Positions 1 through 10,298 are shown, numbered from the stretch's first letter. The stretch is DNA of 64,000 nucleotides from Candidatus Heimdallarchaeum aukensis (GCA_021513695.1 CP084166.1:608001-672000), one strand, 5' to 3'. Numbers and translations: made by a program. Notes: generated by a model not told the origin, from the letters alone.

Positions 1-547
1 TATTTTCAAAATTGTACTTATTGGTGATGGCGCAGTAGGAAAAACTTCTATTAGAATGCAATATATGGGATACGGATTCAATACCAGTCATCTTATGACC
101 CTGGGAGCAGATTTTTCATCTATTGATAAAGAAATTATTCCTAACGAAAAATGGAAATTTCAAATTTGGGATTTAGCAGGACAACAAATGTTTGAACAAG
201 TTCGAGCTCGTTTTTACAAAGGAGCTCAGGGTGCCTTACTTGTCTTTGATATCACTCGCCCTTCCTCTTTTCAAAACCTTCCCATGTGGTTAAACGAATT
301 GTATAAATTCAACGGATCAGGAGTTGTCCCTGTTGTAGTCCTTGCTAATAAGAGTGATTTGAGAGATAGAAAAAGTGTTAAATTCAAACATGTAGAAAAA
401 TATGTTTCTGAATTAAATCTGCGTACCCAACGCTATGGTGTAACTAATTATTGTTTAGAAACAAGTGCCAAGACTGGATTAAACATCGATAGAGCTTTTG
501 AAATTCTCGGGAGAAGCATTCGAGATAAATCAAGCAAAAAAACATAA
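1..547 (+). CDS. Ras/Rab-like small GTPase; 5' end runs off the window (ORF-track ATG at 56 is internal)
   Basis: Reading frame 2 from position 2 gives IFKIVLIGDGAVGKTSI (P-loop GxxxxGKT) in frame with the listed ORF. The ORF has G3 WDLAGQQ, G4 NKSD and G5 ETSAKT, the canonical Ras-superfamily order. Confidence 0.85.
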   Translation, partial: IFKIVLIGDGAVGKTSIRMQYMGYGFNTSHLMTLGADFSSIDKEIIPNEKWKFQIWDLAGQQMFEQVRARFYKGAQGALLVFDITRPSSFQNLPMWLNELYKFNGSGVVPVVVLANKSDLRDRKSVKFKHVEKYVSELNLRTQRYGVTNYCLETSAKTGLNIDRAFEILGRSIRDKSSKKT

Positions 548-628
548 TACCCAATACATTAATTTTTTATACTTTAAGTGATTCTTTTAAGTATATACTA
601 ATAAACGAAAGATTCTGAGGAAAAACCA

Positions 629-1195
629 ATGCTCACATTTAAGATCCTTTTTATAGGCGATAATAGCGTAGGTAAAACTACTTTATTTAAAAAAATTGTT
701 CAAAATGAAAAAAATAAAGAAAAGATCCCTTCTCTAAAAGCAGAAATAGTAAAAGTTTATCGTACAATCCAAGGAGAAGAAGTAGCTTTTGAACTATATG
801 ATTTACCTGCGAGAGAACTTTTATCATCTCCTCAAAGAACAAAATGGTATTTAGGGACTGATGGAGCGTTTATAGTTTTTGACATTACAAAAGCAGAAAC
901 GTTCAGAAGAGTAACATTCTGGCTAGAACAATTAATAAATTATAACAGAAAAGGGAAGATACCTATAGTATTAGTAGGTAATAAAATAGATATGAGAGAC
1001 AATCCTAATGTGAGAAATAGGACACTAAACCCTATAGATGCTCAAGCTTTCTGTCTTCGACTAAATCGTACATCAGCTAGAGAAGGAATTAATAATGAAT
1101 TCTTCGAAGTCTCAGCAATCTCAGGGAAAGGTTTAACTCAATTACTTGATGCATTAGCTAAAAATATTTATAACCATCACAAAAAAATAAAATAG
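629..1195 (+). CDS. Ras-superfamily small GTPase with a non-canonical G3 motif
   Basis: P-loop GDNSVGKTT, G4 GNKID and G5 SAISGKG are present. The G3 position reads YDLPARE instead of DxxGQ, so the conserved Gly and catalytic Gln are replaced. It lies in tandem 81 bp downstream of the first GTPase on the same strand. Confidence 0.8.
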   Translation: MLTFKILFIGDNSVGKTTLFKKIVQNEKNKEKIPSLKAEIVKVYRTIQGEEVAFELYDLPARELLSSPQRTKWYLGTDGAFIVFDITKAETFRRVTFWLEQLINYNRKGKIPIVLVGNKIDMRDNPNVRNRTLNPIDAQAFCLRLNRTSAREGINNEFFEVSAISGKGLTQLLDALAKNIYNHHKKIK

Positions 1196-1227
1196 GAAAC
1201 ATAGCTCTACTCGGAGATAAGATTTGA

Positions 1228-1773
1228 ATGTTTTTAGTCGCTCACATTGGATATACTTTATTAACTGCTGAAATACTCGCACACCTATATTATTGGTTGT
1301 TCTTAAAGAAAAAGAATTTGGAGCCTACAGATAGTTGGGGAATAGTTCATTTTGCTTTTCTACCCCTCATAATAGGTGCTCTTGGTCCAGACATTATTGA
1401 TAAATTAATTTCAGAACCTATAACAGGTTATGGCAGGTATATTGGACATTCTATTCCGTTCGCTATATTGATATTTATTTTATTTATAGCCATTTTTTGG
1501 AAGAAACCAACAGTTTATTCAGCTTTGATTCTTGGGTGGATAATGCACATCATTCTGGATACAGCAGGTTTTATTCCCTGGTTTTTCCCTTTTGTAGAAT
1601 ACAACTTTCAATCAAAAACTCAAACATATATTGAGCTTCTTTTTCAACCATATGTTTACAATAACGAAATTGGAGGATTCCTGTGCATACTTTTTCTCGC
1701 AGTTCTTTACTTTAGAAGAGGTTTTACTCTCAGATCTTTTATTCAACATATCTTTACTTTCTCTCCTAAATAA
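1228..1773 (+). CDS. polytopic membrane protein, YdjM/DUF457-like membrane-bound metal-dependent hydrolase (tentative)
   Basis: Multiple hydrophobic helices with conserved His positions (HIGYTLL, GHSIPF, HIILDTAGF) reminiscent of the DUF457 family. Assigned by pattern memory only. Confidence 0.4.
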   Translation: MFLVAHIGYTLLTAEILAHLYYWLFLKKKNLEPTDSWGIVHFAFLPLIIGALGPDIIDKLISEPITGYGRYIGHSIPFAILIFILFIAIFWKKPTVYSALILGWIMHIILDTAGFIPWFFPFVEYNFQSKTQTYIELLFQPYVYNNEIGGFLCILFLAVLYFRRGFTLRSFIQHIFTFSPK

Positions 1774-1798
1774 TTTGAATAGATTTAAATAGTAGTCC

Positions 1799-1818
1799 AT
1801 TACTACTATAGTAGTAAT
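1799..1818. promoter_or_regulatory. 20-bp perfect palindrome ATTACTACTATAGTAGTAAT immediately upstream of the next CDS, with a third TAGTAGT half-site at 1792-1798
   Basis: Read directly: the reverse complement of 1799-1808 equals 1809-1818. Located 14 nt upstream of the ATG at 1832. Confidence 0.3.
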
Positions 1819-1831
1819 AGGGCGATTGAGT

Positions 1832-3067
1832 ATGAAATATTGCACAAAATGTGGAACAAAAACACCAGAAGATGCAGTTTTTTGTTATGTATGTGGAACA
1901 AAAATTGATGATCTATCTGTTGATTTACAAAAATCAACAAAGGACAAAGTAAGCGATCACAGACATTACTATCCTCACTCTTCACAACAAATAGATGATA
2001 AATACTACAAAGATTATACCCACAAAGAACACGTTTTTCTTAAAATCTTAGCTATTGTCTTTATAATTGGAATGATCACTGCTTCTATTTCTTTATTTGC
2101 TGTTTTCAGCTCTTTCAGAATGGATGTCATTGGTACTCAAAATTACTATTTAGAAGAAGCAAACTCTAATGAAGTTTTTCTAAATATTTACAACGGTATT
2201 GGAGACATAGACATTATCTTTACTGATGATACAGACATAATGGTCGAAATAAATGTAATCGTATTAGGCAGAAAAAATGTTGATGAGTCAGAATTTGCGG
2301 AATTTAAAATAAATGATTATGAGAAAAATCTTACCATTGAGTTTGATTCTGGAGAACAAATCTTTTCTTTCTTTAATAAGAAAATTCTTGAATATGATAT
2401 TAGCATTACTTTAAACTCTAAACTAGTTCTATATGCAGATGTTCAGATGGAAACGGGAGACTTTTACTTGGACATCAATTGCCAAACAGCTAATATAAAC
2501 AATTTAAATATTGTAACAAAGACAGGTGATGTTAGCATTTATGCATATTCCACGGAAAATGTAACAATCAACAACGTATATCTAGTTTCCACAACTGGAC
2601 AAATTCAGTTTAGTTTAAGTGATGAAGGAGCAAATTACATCAGCAATGTATTTGCAACCACAACCACAGGAAAAATATTTTTCGATTTTGGTAGGAATAG
2701 TATATACAATGGAAATGAAATAGAACTTACAACAACTACAGGAAAAATAGTCCTATACTGCACTAACATGCAATATTTAGAAAATGTTACTTGGTTAATT
2801 TCTACAAGTACAGGTTCGGTTTATGCAAATATCACTCAAGATTTTATCATTGAAAAACAATTACAAATTTCTTTCTTTATTACAGTTAATACTGGGTCAA
2901 TAGAAATTCTTGCTGAATTCCACGATGATATTGGTTACCTTTTCGAAGCAACAACTGATACTGGAACAATTACAATTCCTGAACAATCTCCAAATTATGA
3001 TACTGCTTTAAACAAGTATTATTTTTCCTTAAGCACTGACACTGGAAACATAATGGCAGAATTGTAA
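1832..3067 (+). CDS. zinc-ribbon / single TM / DUF4097-like beta-strand repeat (putative adhesin-fold) protein
   Basis: N-terminal CTKCG...CYVCG zinc ribbon, a hydrophobic helix (ILAIVFIIGMITASISLFAVF), then repeated TTTGKI / TSTGSV / VNTGSI / TDTGTI beta-strand units. The ORF track begins at TTG 1826; ATG at 1832 is preferred. Confidence 0.5.
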   Translation: MKYCTKCGTKTPEDAVFCYVCGTKIDDLSVDLQKSTKDKVSDHRHYYPHSSQQIDDKYYKDYTHKEHVFLKILAIVFIIGMITASISLFAVFSSFRMDVIGTQNYYLEEANSNEVFLNIYNGIGDIDIIFTDDTDIMVEINVIVLGRKNVDESEFAEFKINDYEKNLTIEFDSGEQIFSFFNKKILEYDISITLNSKLVLYADVQMETGDFYLDINCQTANINNLNIVTKTGDVSIYAYSTENVTINNVYLVSTTGQIQFSLSDEGANYISNVFATTTTGKIFFDFGRNSIYNGNEIELTTTTGKIVLYCTNMQYLENVTWLISTSTGSVYANITQDFIIEKQLQISFFITVNTGSIEILAEFHDDIGYLFEATTDTGTITIPEQSPNYDTALNKYYFSLSTDTGNIMAEL

Positions 3068-3136
3068 TCTTATGCAGCATTTTTTTCTTTTTTTTGATTA
3101 CAATAAATTAAAAAATGTTCAAAATTAGTTTTTCAT

Positions 3137-4282
3137 ATGACCGATAAATACATTGAACAAATTAGAGAAGATTCTCCTACTTTGAACCAAGTAGCTTTTT
3201 TGAATCATGCGAGCACAGCTCCTTTACATGGAAGAACACAGCAAGCTTTCTATGATTATTTGAATCAATGGTCTAAATACAATTTTACTGAATCAAGAGA
3301 AAAAAGTCAACTCGCTCGTGAAGAATTTGCTAAATTAATTGGAGCTTCAAAAGAAGAAATTCTTTTTACTTCTGATGTTACTCAAGGAACTAATTTAGCA
3401 GTTCACATGTTAGATTATGATGAAAAAAGCAATATTGTCTGCTATTGGAATGATTATGCAGGACAAGTACATAGTGCCCTTTTCTTGCAAAAAAAGAAAA
3501 ATATAGAGTATAGACCTGTTCCAGATCGAGATGGATACATTTATCCTGAGGACTTTGCAGAAAAAATAGACAAAAACACTAAAATTGTTCTTTTGTCTCA
3601 TGTTCAATGGATTACTGGATTTAAGTCTGATATCAAGGAGATAGCTAAAATCGCTCACGAAAACGGTGCAATGATTTTAGTCGATGTAATTCAAAGTTCG
3701 GGTGTTCTCAAGATCGATGTTAGAGATTGGGATATTGATTTTCTTACTTCGGGTGTAGCTAAATGGCTTTTAGGACCTAATCAAACAGGTTTTTTCTATA
3801 TGAGAAAAAGATTCATTGATGAATACGATCCTCCTTTTCCAGGTTACCAAGGAGCAGATTATGGCTCTATTGAGTCTCCTTATTGGAATGTTAAAAAAAT
3901 ACAATACAGAGAAGGGATAGATAAGTTTCAAATTGCAAACATAGGTCCAATGATGTATCAAATTGCCTACGAAGGAATGAAAATAATCACTGATTATGGA
4001 ATAGAAAAAGTAGAGAAAAGAGTTTTAGAACTAACTGCTTATCTTATTAAGAGAATCCAAAATTTAGGCAATTATGAGCTTTTAAGTCCTGTTGAAGATA
4101 AGTATAGAGCTGGGATTGTTAATTTCAAAGTTGATAAAAACATTGAGATAGCCAAAAAACTTGCAGAAGAAAAGATAGTTGTTTCTCCAAGATATGGAGG
4201 AATCAGGATTAGTCCTCATTTCTATAATACAAAGGAAGACTTAGACAAATTTATTGAAAAATTCAAATCTATAAAGAAATAG
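3137..4282 (+). CDS. class V aminotransferase-fold PLP-dependent enzyme (cysteine desulfurase / selenocysteine lyase-like)
   Basis: 381 aa. LTSGVAKWLLGPNQTGFFY matches the SxHKxxGP PLP-lysine region of class V enzymes, within an overall fold-type I layout. Confidence 0.7.
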   Translation: MTDKYIEQIREDSPTLNQVAFLNHASTAPLHGRTQQAFYDYLNQWSKYNFTESREKSQLAREEFAKLIGASKEEILFTSDVTQGTNLAVHMLDYDEKSNIVCYWNDYAGQVHSALFLQKKKNIEYRPVPDRDGYIYPEDFAEKIDKNTKIVLLSHVQWITGFKSDIKEIAKIAHENGAMILVDVIQSSGVLKIDVRDWDIDFLTSGVAKWLLGPNQTGFFYMRKRFIDEYDPPFPGYQGADYGSIESPYWNVKKIQYREGIDKFQIANIGPMMYQIAYEGMKIITDYGIEKVEKRVLELTAYLIKRIQNLGNYELLSPVEDKYRAGIVNFKVDKNIEIAKKLAEEKIVVSPRYGGIRISPHFYNTKEDLDKFIEKFKSIKK

Positions 4283-4380
4283 AAGTAGATTATCTCTATC
4301 TTACTTTTTTTGATGCTTACTAATTTTTCTGCCTAAATTTTATATAGTAGTACCATTTTATCCTCTTAATACAAATACAT

Positions 4381-7275
4381 ATGACCAATACGGGTGATTT
4401 AAAAGTGAAAAAAAAGAAACTTGAAGAGCCTGAGGAAGTAAAAGAAGAAGTTTATTGGCATGCGTTAAAAAAAGAAGAAGTCTTTAAGCGCTTGAATACT
4501 TCTGAAAATGGACTTAGCTCTGAAGAAGTCTCAAAAAGACACGAAATATACGGTTTAAACAAGATTGTAATTAAAGAACGTTTTAAAATTCTAAAAATGA
4601 TTATTGAACAATTTCAAGATTTCCTTGTACTCTTACTAGTTGTAGCTGGCACCATAAGTTTAGGTGTAGGTATTTCATATTCTTCTCCTGGAAATATTTC
4701 TACAGAGATCTATGATGCTATTGCCATTTTTGCAATAGTATTACTTAATGCTAGTATAGGATTTGTTCAAGATTACAAGTCTAATCAAGCTTTAGAAAAA
4801 CTAAAAGAGTATTTCGAGCAAGATGTGGTTACTATAAGGAACGGAAAAGAGTTCATTGTTCCTTCTTCAGATCTTGTTCCTGGAGATATAATTGTAATAG
4901 AGGCAGGAGACAAAATCCCAGCAGATTGTAGAATTTTACAATTAAACAATTTAAAAATAGATGAAGCCCCCCTTACTGGAGAATCAAAATCTATAACCAA
5001 GAGCCTAGATCTTGTAGACAAAGATGCAAGAATACACGATAGAAAAAATATGGTTTTTATGGGTACGACTTGTGTTTATGGAAGAGCTAAACTTGTAGTA
5101 GTAAAAACTGGAATGGAAACAGAGATGGGTGAGATCGCCAAACTTACACAAGTTAAAACAGAGATGACTCCTTTACAGAAATCTCTTGATAGGTTTGGTA
5201 AAAGTTTAGGTGCGATAATTCTAGCTTTATCTGCTGTTATTATGATTGTTGAAATTATTTCTGAGATTCATTTTTATGGTTCAGAGAAAACAATCTTCGA
5301 GATTATATTTGAGAGCTTTGAAACCGCTATTGCTTTAGCTATTTCTGCTGTTCCTGAAGGTTTGGCCGCAGCGATAGTTATTACCTTAGCAATAGGAGTT
5401 TCACGTATGGCTAAAAAACGTACAATAGTTTCTAGATTACCAGCGGTTGAAACTTTAGGAAGCGTTAACTACATTTGCTCTGATAAAACAGGAACATTAA
5501 CCAGAAATGAGATGACTGTTAAAGAGATATGGACACCAGATGACAAATATATTGAAGTGGAAGGAAGCGGATATCTAAAAGAAGGAAGATTTATGCAAGA
5601 AGATAAAGTCTTCGATCCTTCAAAATCACCATCGCTAATGAAAGTGTTAGAAATTTCTTATCATTGCAACAATTCTTCTTTGATAAGAAACGGTAATTCT
5701 ATCCAAGTCAGAGGTGACCCTACCGAAGCTGCTCTTCTAGTTGTTGCTGAAAAAGGAGGATTGACTGAAGCTGATAAAAAAGAGAGAATTCATGAACTAT
5801 TTTTTGACAGTGACAGAAAAAGAATGACTACAATCCACAAAGATGGCGAAAAGAATATTGCACTCATGAAAGGTTCTCCACCCATTGTTTTACAAAGATG
5901 TAAATATATTTTAATTAATGGTAAAGTTGAACCTTTAACCGCAGAAATACAAAAGTCTATAGAAGAAGCTAACGTTAACATGTCATCTAAAGCTCTTCGA
6001 GTTTTGGCAATGGCTTACCGCGAGGTTCCTGATGACTTTGACAGAGATGATTATGACTCTATAGAAGTAGATATGATTTTTGTAGGATTAACAGGAATGA
6101 TTGACCCAGCAAGACCAAACGTAAAAGAAGCTATACAAGAGTGCAAAGAAGCTGGTATAACTACAATCATGATTACTGGAGATCAAAAAGAAACTGCTGT
6201 AGCTGTAGCCAAAGAAATAGGAATACTAACTTCTGAAGATGAACTAGTTGTAAATGGAGAAGAATTAGACCTAATGACTGAAGAAGAGTTAGTAGAGAAA
6301 ATAGAGAAAATAAAAGTCTATAGTAGAATGAGTCCCAAAGATAAATACAGAGTGGTCGAGACCTTACAAAAATTAGACAATTTTGTTGCTGTAACTGGAG
6401 ATGGAGTAAATGATGCTCCTGCACTAAAGAAAGCTGATATCGGTGTTGCTATGGGAATCACTGGAACTGATGTAACTAAAGAAGTTGCAGATATGGTTAT
6501 TACAGACGATGCTTTTAACACAATAGTTGATGCAGTAGAAGAAGGAAGAAATATCTTTGCTAACATGAAGCGATTTATAAGATACACTTTAAGTAGTAAT
6601 TTTGATGAATTGTTTGCAGTGTTACTTATTACTTCTTGGTTAGGAGTTTTACCCTTTACCCCCTTACAAATTCTGTTCCTTAACTTATTAACTGATGCCT
6701 TACCAGCTTTAAGTTTATCCTTTGAACCATATGATCCAAAGTTGATGAAGAGACCTCCAAGAGGAAAACATGATTCATTCCTTCGAGAAATGTATTCTTT
6801 CGCAGTTATTTCAGGTATAGTTGCTTTCTTTGCATCTGTTTCAATGTTCTTACTAGTATATTTCCACATGGGTCCTCAAAAGTTCGGTTCAATAGACATC
6901 CCAGAGAACAAGGACCAAATAGTAGCTTATGCCCAATTTATGGCTTTCATTGTAACCCTTACATTTGAATTAGTTTTCGTGTTCATAGCTAGAAATGACA
7001 ACGATGTCAAAGTCTATGAGACTAATCCTTTCAAGAACAAGATGCTCATCTGGGCAGTTATTAGCTCTGTTGTGTTACTTGCCTTAGTAATTTTCATTCC
7101 TGTGCTTCAAAGTATTTTCACTTCGTTCGACAACTATTACTATGTTCCTGATCTGGTAGACTGGGCATGGATAGCTCTCTTCACTGTCGGATTCAATATT
7201 ATTATTGAACTCTTCAGAGAACTTATGATGACAAAGAAGATGAGTAAAATCGCTCACAAAATTGGTTTTGCCTAA
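4381..7275 (+). CDS. P-type cation-transporting ATPase, P2 (Ca2+-ATPase-like)
   Basis: 964 aa. CSDKTGTLT phosphorylation motif, TGDGVNDAPALKKADIGVAMG hinge motif, about 10 TM segments, and an N-terminal cation-ATPase-N-like region. Confidence 0.9.
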   Translation: MTNTGDLKVKKKKLEEPEEVKEEVYWHALKKEEVFKRLNTSENGLSSEEVSKRHEIYGLNKIVIKERFKILKMIIEQFQDFLVLLLVVAGTISLGVGISYSSPGNISTEIYDAIAIFAIVLLNASIGFVQDYKSNQALEKLKEYFEQDVVTIRNGKEFIVPSSDLVPGDIIVIEAGDKIPADCRILQLNNLKIDEAPLTGESKSITKSLDLVDKDARIHDRKNMVFMGTTCVYGRAKLVVVKTGMETEMGEIAKLTQVKTEMTPLQKSLDRFGKSLGAIILALSAVIMIVEIISEIHFYGSEKTIFEIIFESFETAIALAISAVPEGLAAAIVITLAIGVSRMAKKRTIVSRLPAVETLGSVNYICSDKTGTLTRNEMTVKEIWTPDDKYIEVEGSGYLKEGRFMQEDKVFDPSKSPSLMKVLEISYHCNNSSLIRNGNSIQVRGDPTEAALLVVAEKGGLTEADKKERIHELFFDSDRKRMTTIHKDGEKNIALMKGSPPIVLQRCKYILINGKVEPLTAEIQKSIEEANVNMSSKALRVLAMAYREVPDDFDRDDYDSIEVDMIFVGLTGMIDPARPNVKEAIQECKEAGITTIMITGDQKETAVAVAKEIGILTSEDELVVNGEELDLMTEEELVEKIEKIKVYSRMSPKDKYRVVETLQKLDNFVAVTGDGVNDAPALKKADIGVAMGITGTDVTKEVADMVITDDAFNTIVDAVEEGRNIFANMKRFIRYTLSSNFDELFAVLLITSWLGVLPFTPLQILFLNLLTDALPALSLSFEPYDPKLMKRPPRGKHDSFLREMYSFAVISGIVAFFASVSMFLLVYFHMGPQKFGSIDIPENKDQIVAYAQFMAFIVTLTFELVFVFIARNDNDVKVYETNPFKNKMLIWAVISSVVLLALVIFIPVLQSIFTSFDNYYYVPDLVDWAWIALFTVGFNIIIELFRELMMTKKMSKIAHKIGFA

Positions 7276-7469
7276 ATTCTTTTTTCTTTTAATTTTCTTT
7301 AATTTTCTTTAACTTTACTATCTAAAAGATCTTGAAATTCAAAATTCTGCAATTTAATTATTTGAAATGAACTGTTTAACGTTTAAATTAAATAATAAAA
7401 GGGTTTAACCGAATCTATTTATTAACTCTTATATAATAGATGATTCCTTAATTTTCAAGGTATTAAACA

Positions 7470-8513
7470 ATGAATCCTGTCATTGAAATAGAAAATATTG
7501 AGAAAATATATCGTAAAAAAAGTAGAAAAGGTCTATTTAAGCGTGAATTAATAGAAGTTAGGGCTCTTGATAATATTAGTTTTAACGTTGAAGAAGGGAT
7601 TATTTTTTCTCTTCTTGGTCCTAATGGTGCAGGAAAAACTACTTTAATTAAAATTCTTACTACTTTGCTCTTACCCACAGCAGGAAAAGCAAGAATTTTG
7701 GGTTATGATGTTGTTAAAGAGGGAGGAAAAATTAGGAAGCACATTAATGCTATGCTGATGGGAGAGAGAAGTATTTACTGGAAGTTAACAGGTTATCAGA
7801 ATTTAGAGTATTTTGCTTCATTGTATCACATACCTAGAAAAGTTGCAAAAGTTAAAATCGATAAACTATCTGAAAAGTTAGATCTTAGCGATTTTATTAA
7901 TAGAAAAGTGGAAACTTACTCAAGTGGTCAAAAATTTAAGATAGCTTTTGCTAAATCGCTATTAAATGATCCTAAGCTCATTTTTCTAGATGAACCAACT
8001 GCTACTTTAGACCCAAGAGCAGCAAGAGAAGTCAGAGAAATCATTAAACAACTAAATGACGAAGGAACTACTATTTTTCTTACTACACATAATATGAATG
8101 AAGCAGATGAATTATCAGATGAAGTAGCAATTTTGGATTTAGGAAAAATAATCGAAATCGATACCCCTGAGAATCTAAAAGAACAGATTCATACTTCAGA
8201 GAGTATAGTAATCGATGTTCCTTTTATTGAACTAAGAAGTAAAGATAAATTGTTATCTGATATCAGGAGTCTTTCTTTTGTTAGTGATATTGCCTATAGT
8301 CAAGTGGTCAACGGAAACGGGAATAAAGGAGAAGAAAAAACAAAAATAAGGATAACCACTTCAAAAGAGATTAATTTGTCAAATATTGTAAATCTCTTTG
8401 AAAAAAATTCTATTCCTATCTTATCAATTAATCAAGAGAAAATAAGTCTAGAAGATGTATTTCTATCAAAAACAGGAAGATTACTATCAGAGGATACTAG
8501 TAAAAGGGTGTGA
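7470..8513 (+). CDS. ABC transporter ATP-binding protein (ABC-2/DrrA-like) with C-terminal extension
   Basis: Walker A LLGPNGAGKTT, signature YSSGQKFKIAF, Walker B LIFLDEPTATLD, H-loop TTHNM. Confidence 0.9.
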   Translation: MNPVIEIENIEKIYRKKSRKGLFKRELIEVRALDNISFNVEEGIIFSLLGPNGAGKTTLIKILTTLLLPTAGKARILGYDVVKEGGKIRKHINAMLMGERSIYWKLTGYQNLEYFASLYHIPRKVAKVKIDKLSEKLDLSDFINRKVETYSSGQKFKIAFAKSLLNDPKLIFLDEPTATLDPRAAREVREIIKQLNDEGTTIFLTTHNMNEADELSDEVAILDLGKIIEIDTPENLKEQIHTSESIVIDVPFIELRSKDKLLSDIRSLSFVSDIAYSQVVNGNGNKGEEKTKIRITTSKEINLSNIVNLFEKNSIPILSINQEKISLEDVFLSKTGRLLSEDTSKRV

Positions 8514-9421
8514 TTCAAATTATTGAGAAACAAGAATCTTTTTCTTATTTTTTCAAGAAAAATCTTATTGTCGTTAAAGGAGTATTTAGACAACAATGGC
8601 AAATAGCAAAGTCTTATCTCTCAAATACTAGTATTGCATTCATTGTACCAATTGTAATGACTGCACTTCCTTTATTACTTATAAGAGCAGTAGGAGTAGA
8701 TGAACAACTTATTGCAGCTAACTTTTTTGGAGGGCATTCTGGGTCTATAAGTGGTTTTATTGCTATCGGGTCTAATATCTGGATGTTAATGCTTGCTATT
8801 CTCTGGGATTTTTCAACTTATTTACGTGATGAGCAAATGACAGGAACACTAGAAACACTACTTATGAGTCCGGCTAAAAGATATTCTATCATCGCTGGAA
8901 GAGCAAGTTTTTCTATCCTTTTTAATGTAATAATAAGCTTTTTTGCAACTATCATCAGTTTATTGATCTTTGCGAGAGATATGCTTTTTGAAATTGGACT
9001 ATTACCATTGTTTTTACTCTTGGTTCTCACTGTGATTGGTTGCTTACCTATGATTGGCCTTTCTTACTTCATTGGTGCATTAGTCCTGAAGTTTAAAGAA
9101 GTTTATTCTTTAGTTAATCTTCTTCAATGGTTTTTTGGTCTTATAATGGGGGTGTATGTTCCAATTACTAGCCTACCTTTGATAGTGAGAGTATTTAGCA
9201 TAATGTTCCCAGCTACATGGAGTGTATCTGATATTAGAGCTATTACTGCAGGTTCTCCACCTATGTTGTTATTATTGGGAATAAAAAATGCAGGATTCCC
9301 TATATTGATAAGCACATTAATAGTTATAGGATTTGCAATCTTTTGGGGAATAATAGGTTTTGTAGTATTTTCAAAATACGAGCTTAAAATCAAGAGAAAT
9401 GAAGGTTTAAGTAAATATTAG
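8510..9421 (+). CDS. ABC-2 type transporter permease
   Basis: Six predicted hydrophobic segments. GTG start overlaps the upstream ATPase stop by 4 nt (GTGA), consistent with translational coupling. Confidence 0.65.
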   Translation: MIQIIEKQESFSYFFKKNLIVVKGVFRQQWQIAKSYLSNTSIAFIVPIVMTALPLLLIRAVGVDEQLIAANFFGGHSGSISGFIAIGSNIWMLMLAILWDFSTYLRDEQMTGTLETLLMSPAKRYSIIAGRASFSILFNVIISFFATIISLLIFARDMLFEIGLLPLFLLLVLTVIGCLPMIGLSYFIGALVLKFKEVYSLVNLLQWFFGLIMGVYVPITSLPLIVRVFSIMFPATWSVSDIRAITAGSPPMLLLLGIKNAGFPILISTLIVIGFAIFWGIIGFVVFSKYELKIKRNEGLSKY

Positions 9422-9432
9422 GAGTTGAAGTT

Positions 9433-10287
9433 ATGGAAAGTTTAGCAAATAAATTCAAGAAAATTAACAATAATATTAATGTTTTAATCAGTCAAATTAA
9501 AAAAGTTATAATTATCCAACTTAACTATCCAATAGACTTTGTTACACAAATATTCACAGCAGTTTTTGTTGGTTTATGGTTCGTCTTTCTTTTCCAGTCA
9601 TTATCTAGTGGAAATGTTTCTGAATCAAGTGATTTTGGAGCTTTTATGGTTTGGGGTTTAGTCGCCTTCTTCTTCTACAGTACAGCTTTATGGTCTATAG
9701 GTAGATTCGTAAGAAGAGAACAATTAACAGGAACTTTGGAATCTATTTGGATTACACCAAATAATAAAAATTGGGTAATTATTTCGAATGGAGTGGGAGA
9801 ATACTTCATTTTTGCTGCTGCAAACCTATTTATAATTACAGCTTTCTCACTTTTTGTTAAAATACCTTTTAACAATCTTGGAATGGGAATAATTATCTTA
9901 TTTTTAGAGTTTGTTCAATCTATTGGATACGGTCTATTTTATGGAGCTCTTGTCTTCAAAATAAAAAATGCTAATGCAATAAGTAACTTAGTACAGTTTG
10001 GTTCTATAATAATATGTGCAGTTTTCTTTCCCTTTAGCGTTTTCCCAGATTGGATGATATGGATATCTCGACTTCATCCTTTTAGTTGGGTAGTTGATTC
10101 TTTAAGATCTAATATGATGGGTAAAGAGCCTGAACTCATAAATAAAGGTATATGGGGACTAACAGCTTTGCAAACAGAGATTGTTATTCAAATTCTGATA
10201 AATATGGCACTTTTAGCTATTGGTCTGCTACTATTCAATTGTGTAAAAAAGAAAGCTTTAGTTGATGGAACTTTATCTCATTATTAG
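9433..10287 (+). CDS. ABC-2 type transporter permease (second subunit)
   Basis: Polytopic membrane protein immediately downstream in the same operon. Shares the (R/G)(R)EQLTGTLE motif with the first permease. Confidence 0.65.
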   Translation: MESLANKFKKINNNINVLISQIKKVIIIQLNYPIDFVTQIFTAVFVGLWFVFLFQSLSSGNVSESSDFGAFMVWGLVAFFFYSTALWSIGRFVRREQLTGTLESIWITPNNKNWVIISNGVGEYFIFAAANLFIITAFSLFVKIPFNNLGMGIIILFLEFVQSIGYGLFYGALVFKIKNANAISNLVQFGSIIICAVFFPFSVFPDWMIWISRLHPFSWVVDSLRSNMMGKEPELINKGIWGLTALQTEIVIQILINMALLAIGLLLFNCVKKKALVDGTLSHY

Positions 10288-10298
10288 TTCCATCTCAA

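Noticed and set aside
1612-1845. Antisense or embedded ORFs in the track (e.g. 1612-1845, 3410-3658, 3770-3961, 4785-5021, 5790-5981, 6173-6424, 6318-6869, 12610-12961, 13271-13722, 22075-22332, 29523-29711, 30115-30408, 37550-37987, 49806-50108, 52603-53030, 53023-53497, 58477-58758, 59032-59226, 60151-60411, 62160-62399)
   Set aside because: Each lies fully inside or antisense to a longer ORF with clear family motifs. They have low-complexity, AT-driven composition and no recognisable motifs. Such spurious frames are expected in AT-rich DNA.
7276-7340. TAATTTTCTTT x3 tandem after the P-type ATPase gene
   Set aside because: A short T-rich tandem repeat consistent with an archaeal oligo-T terminator, not a distinct element.
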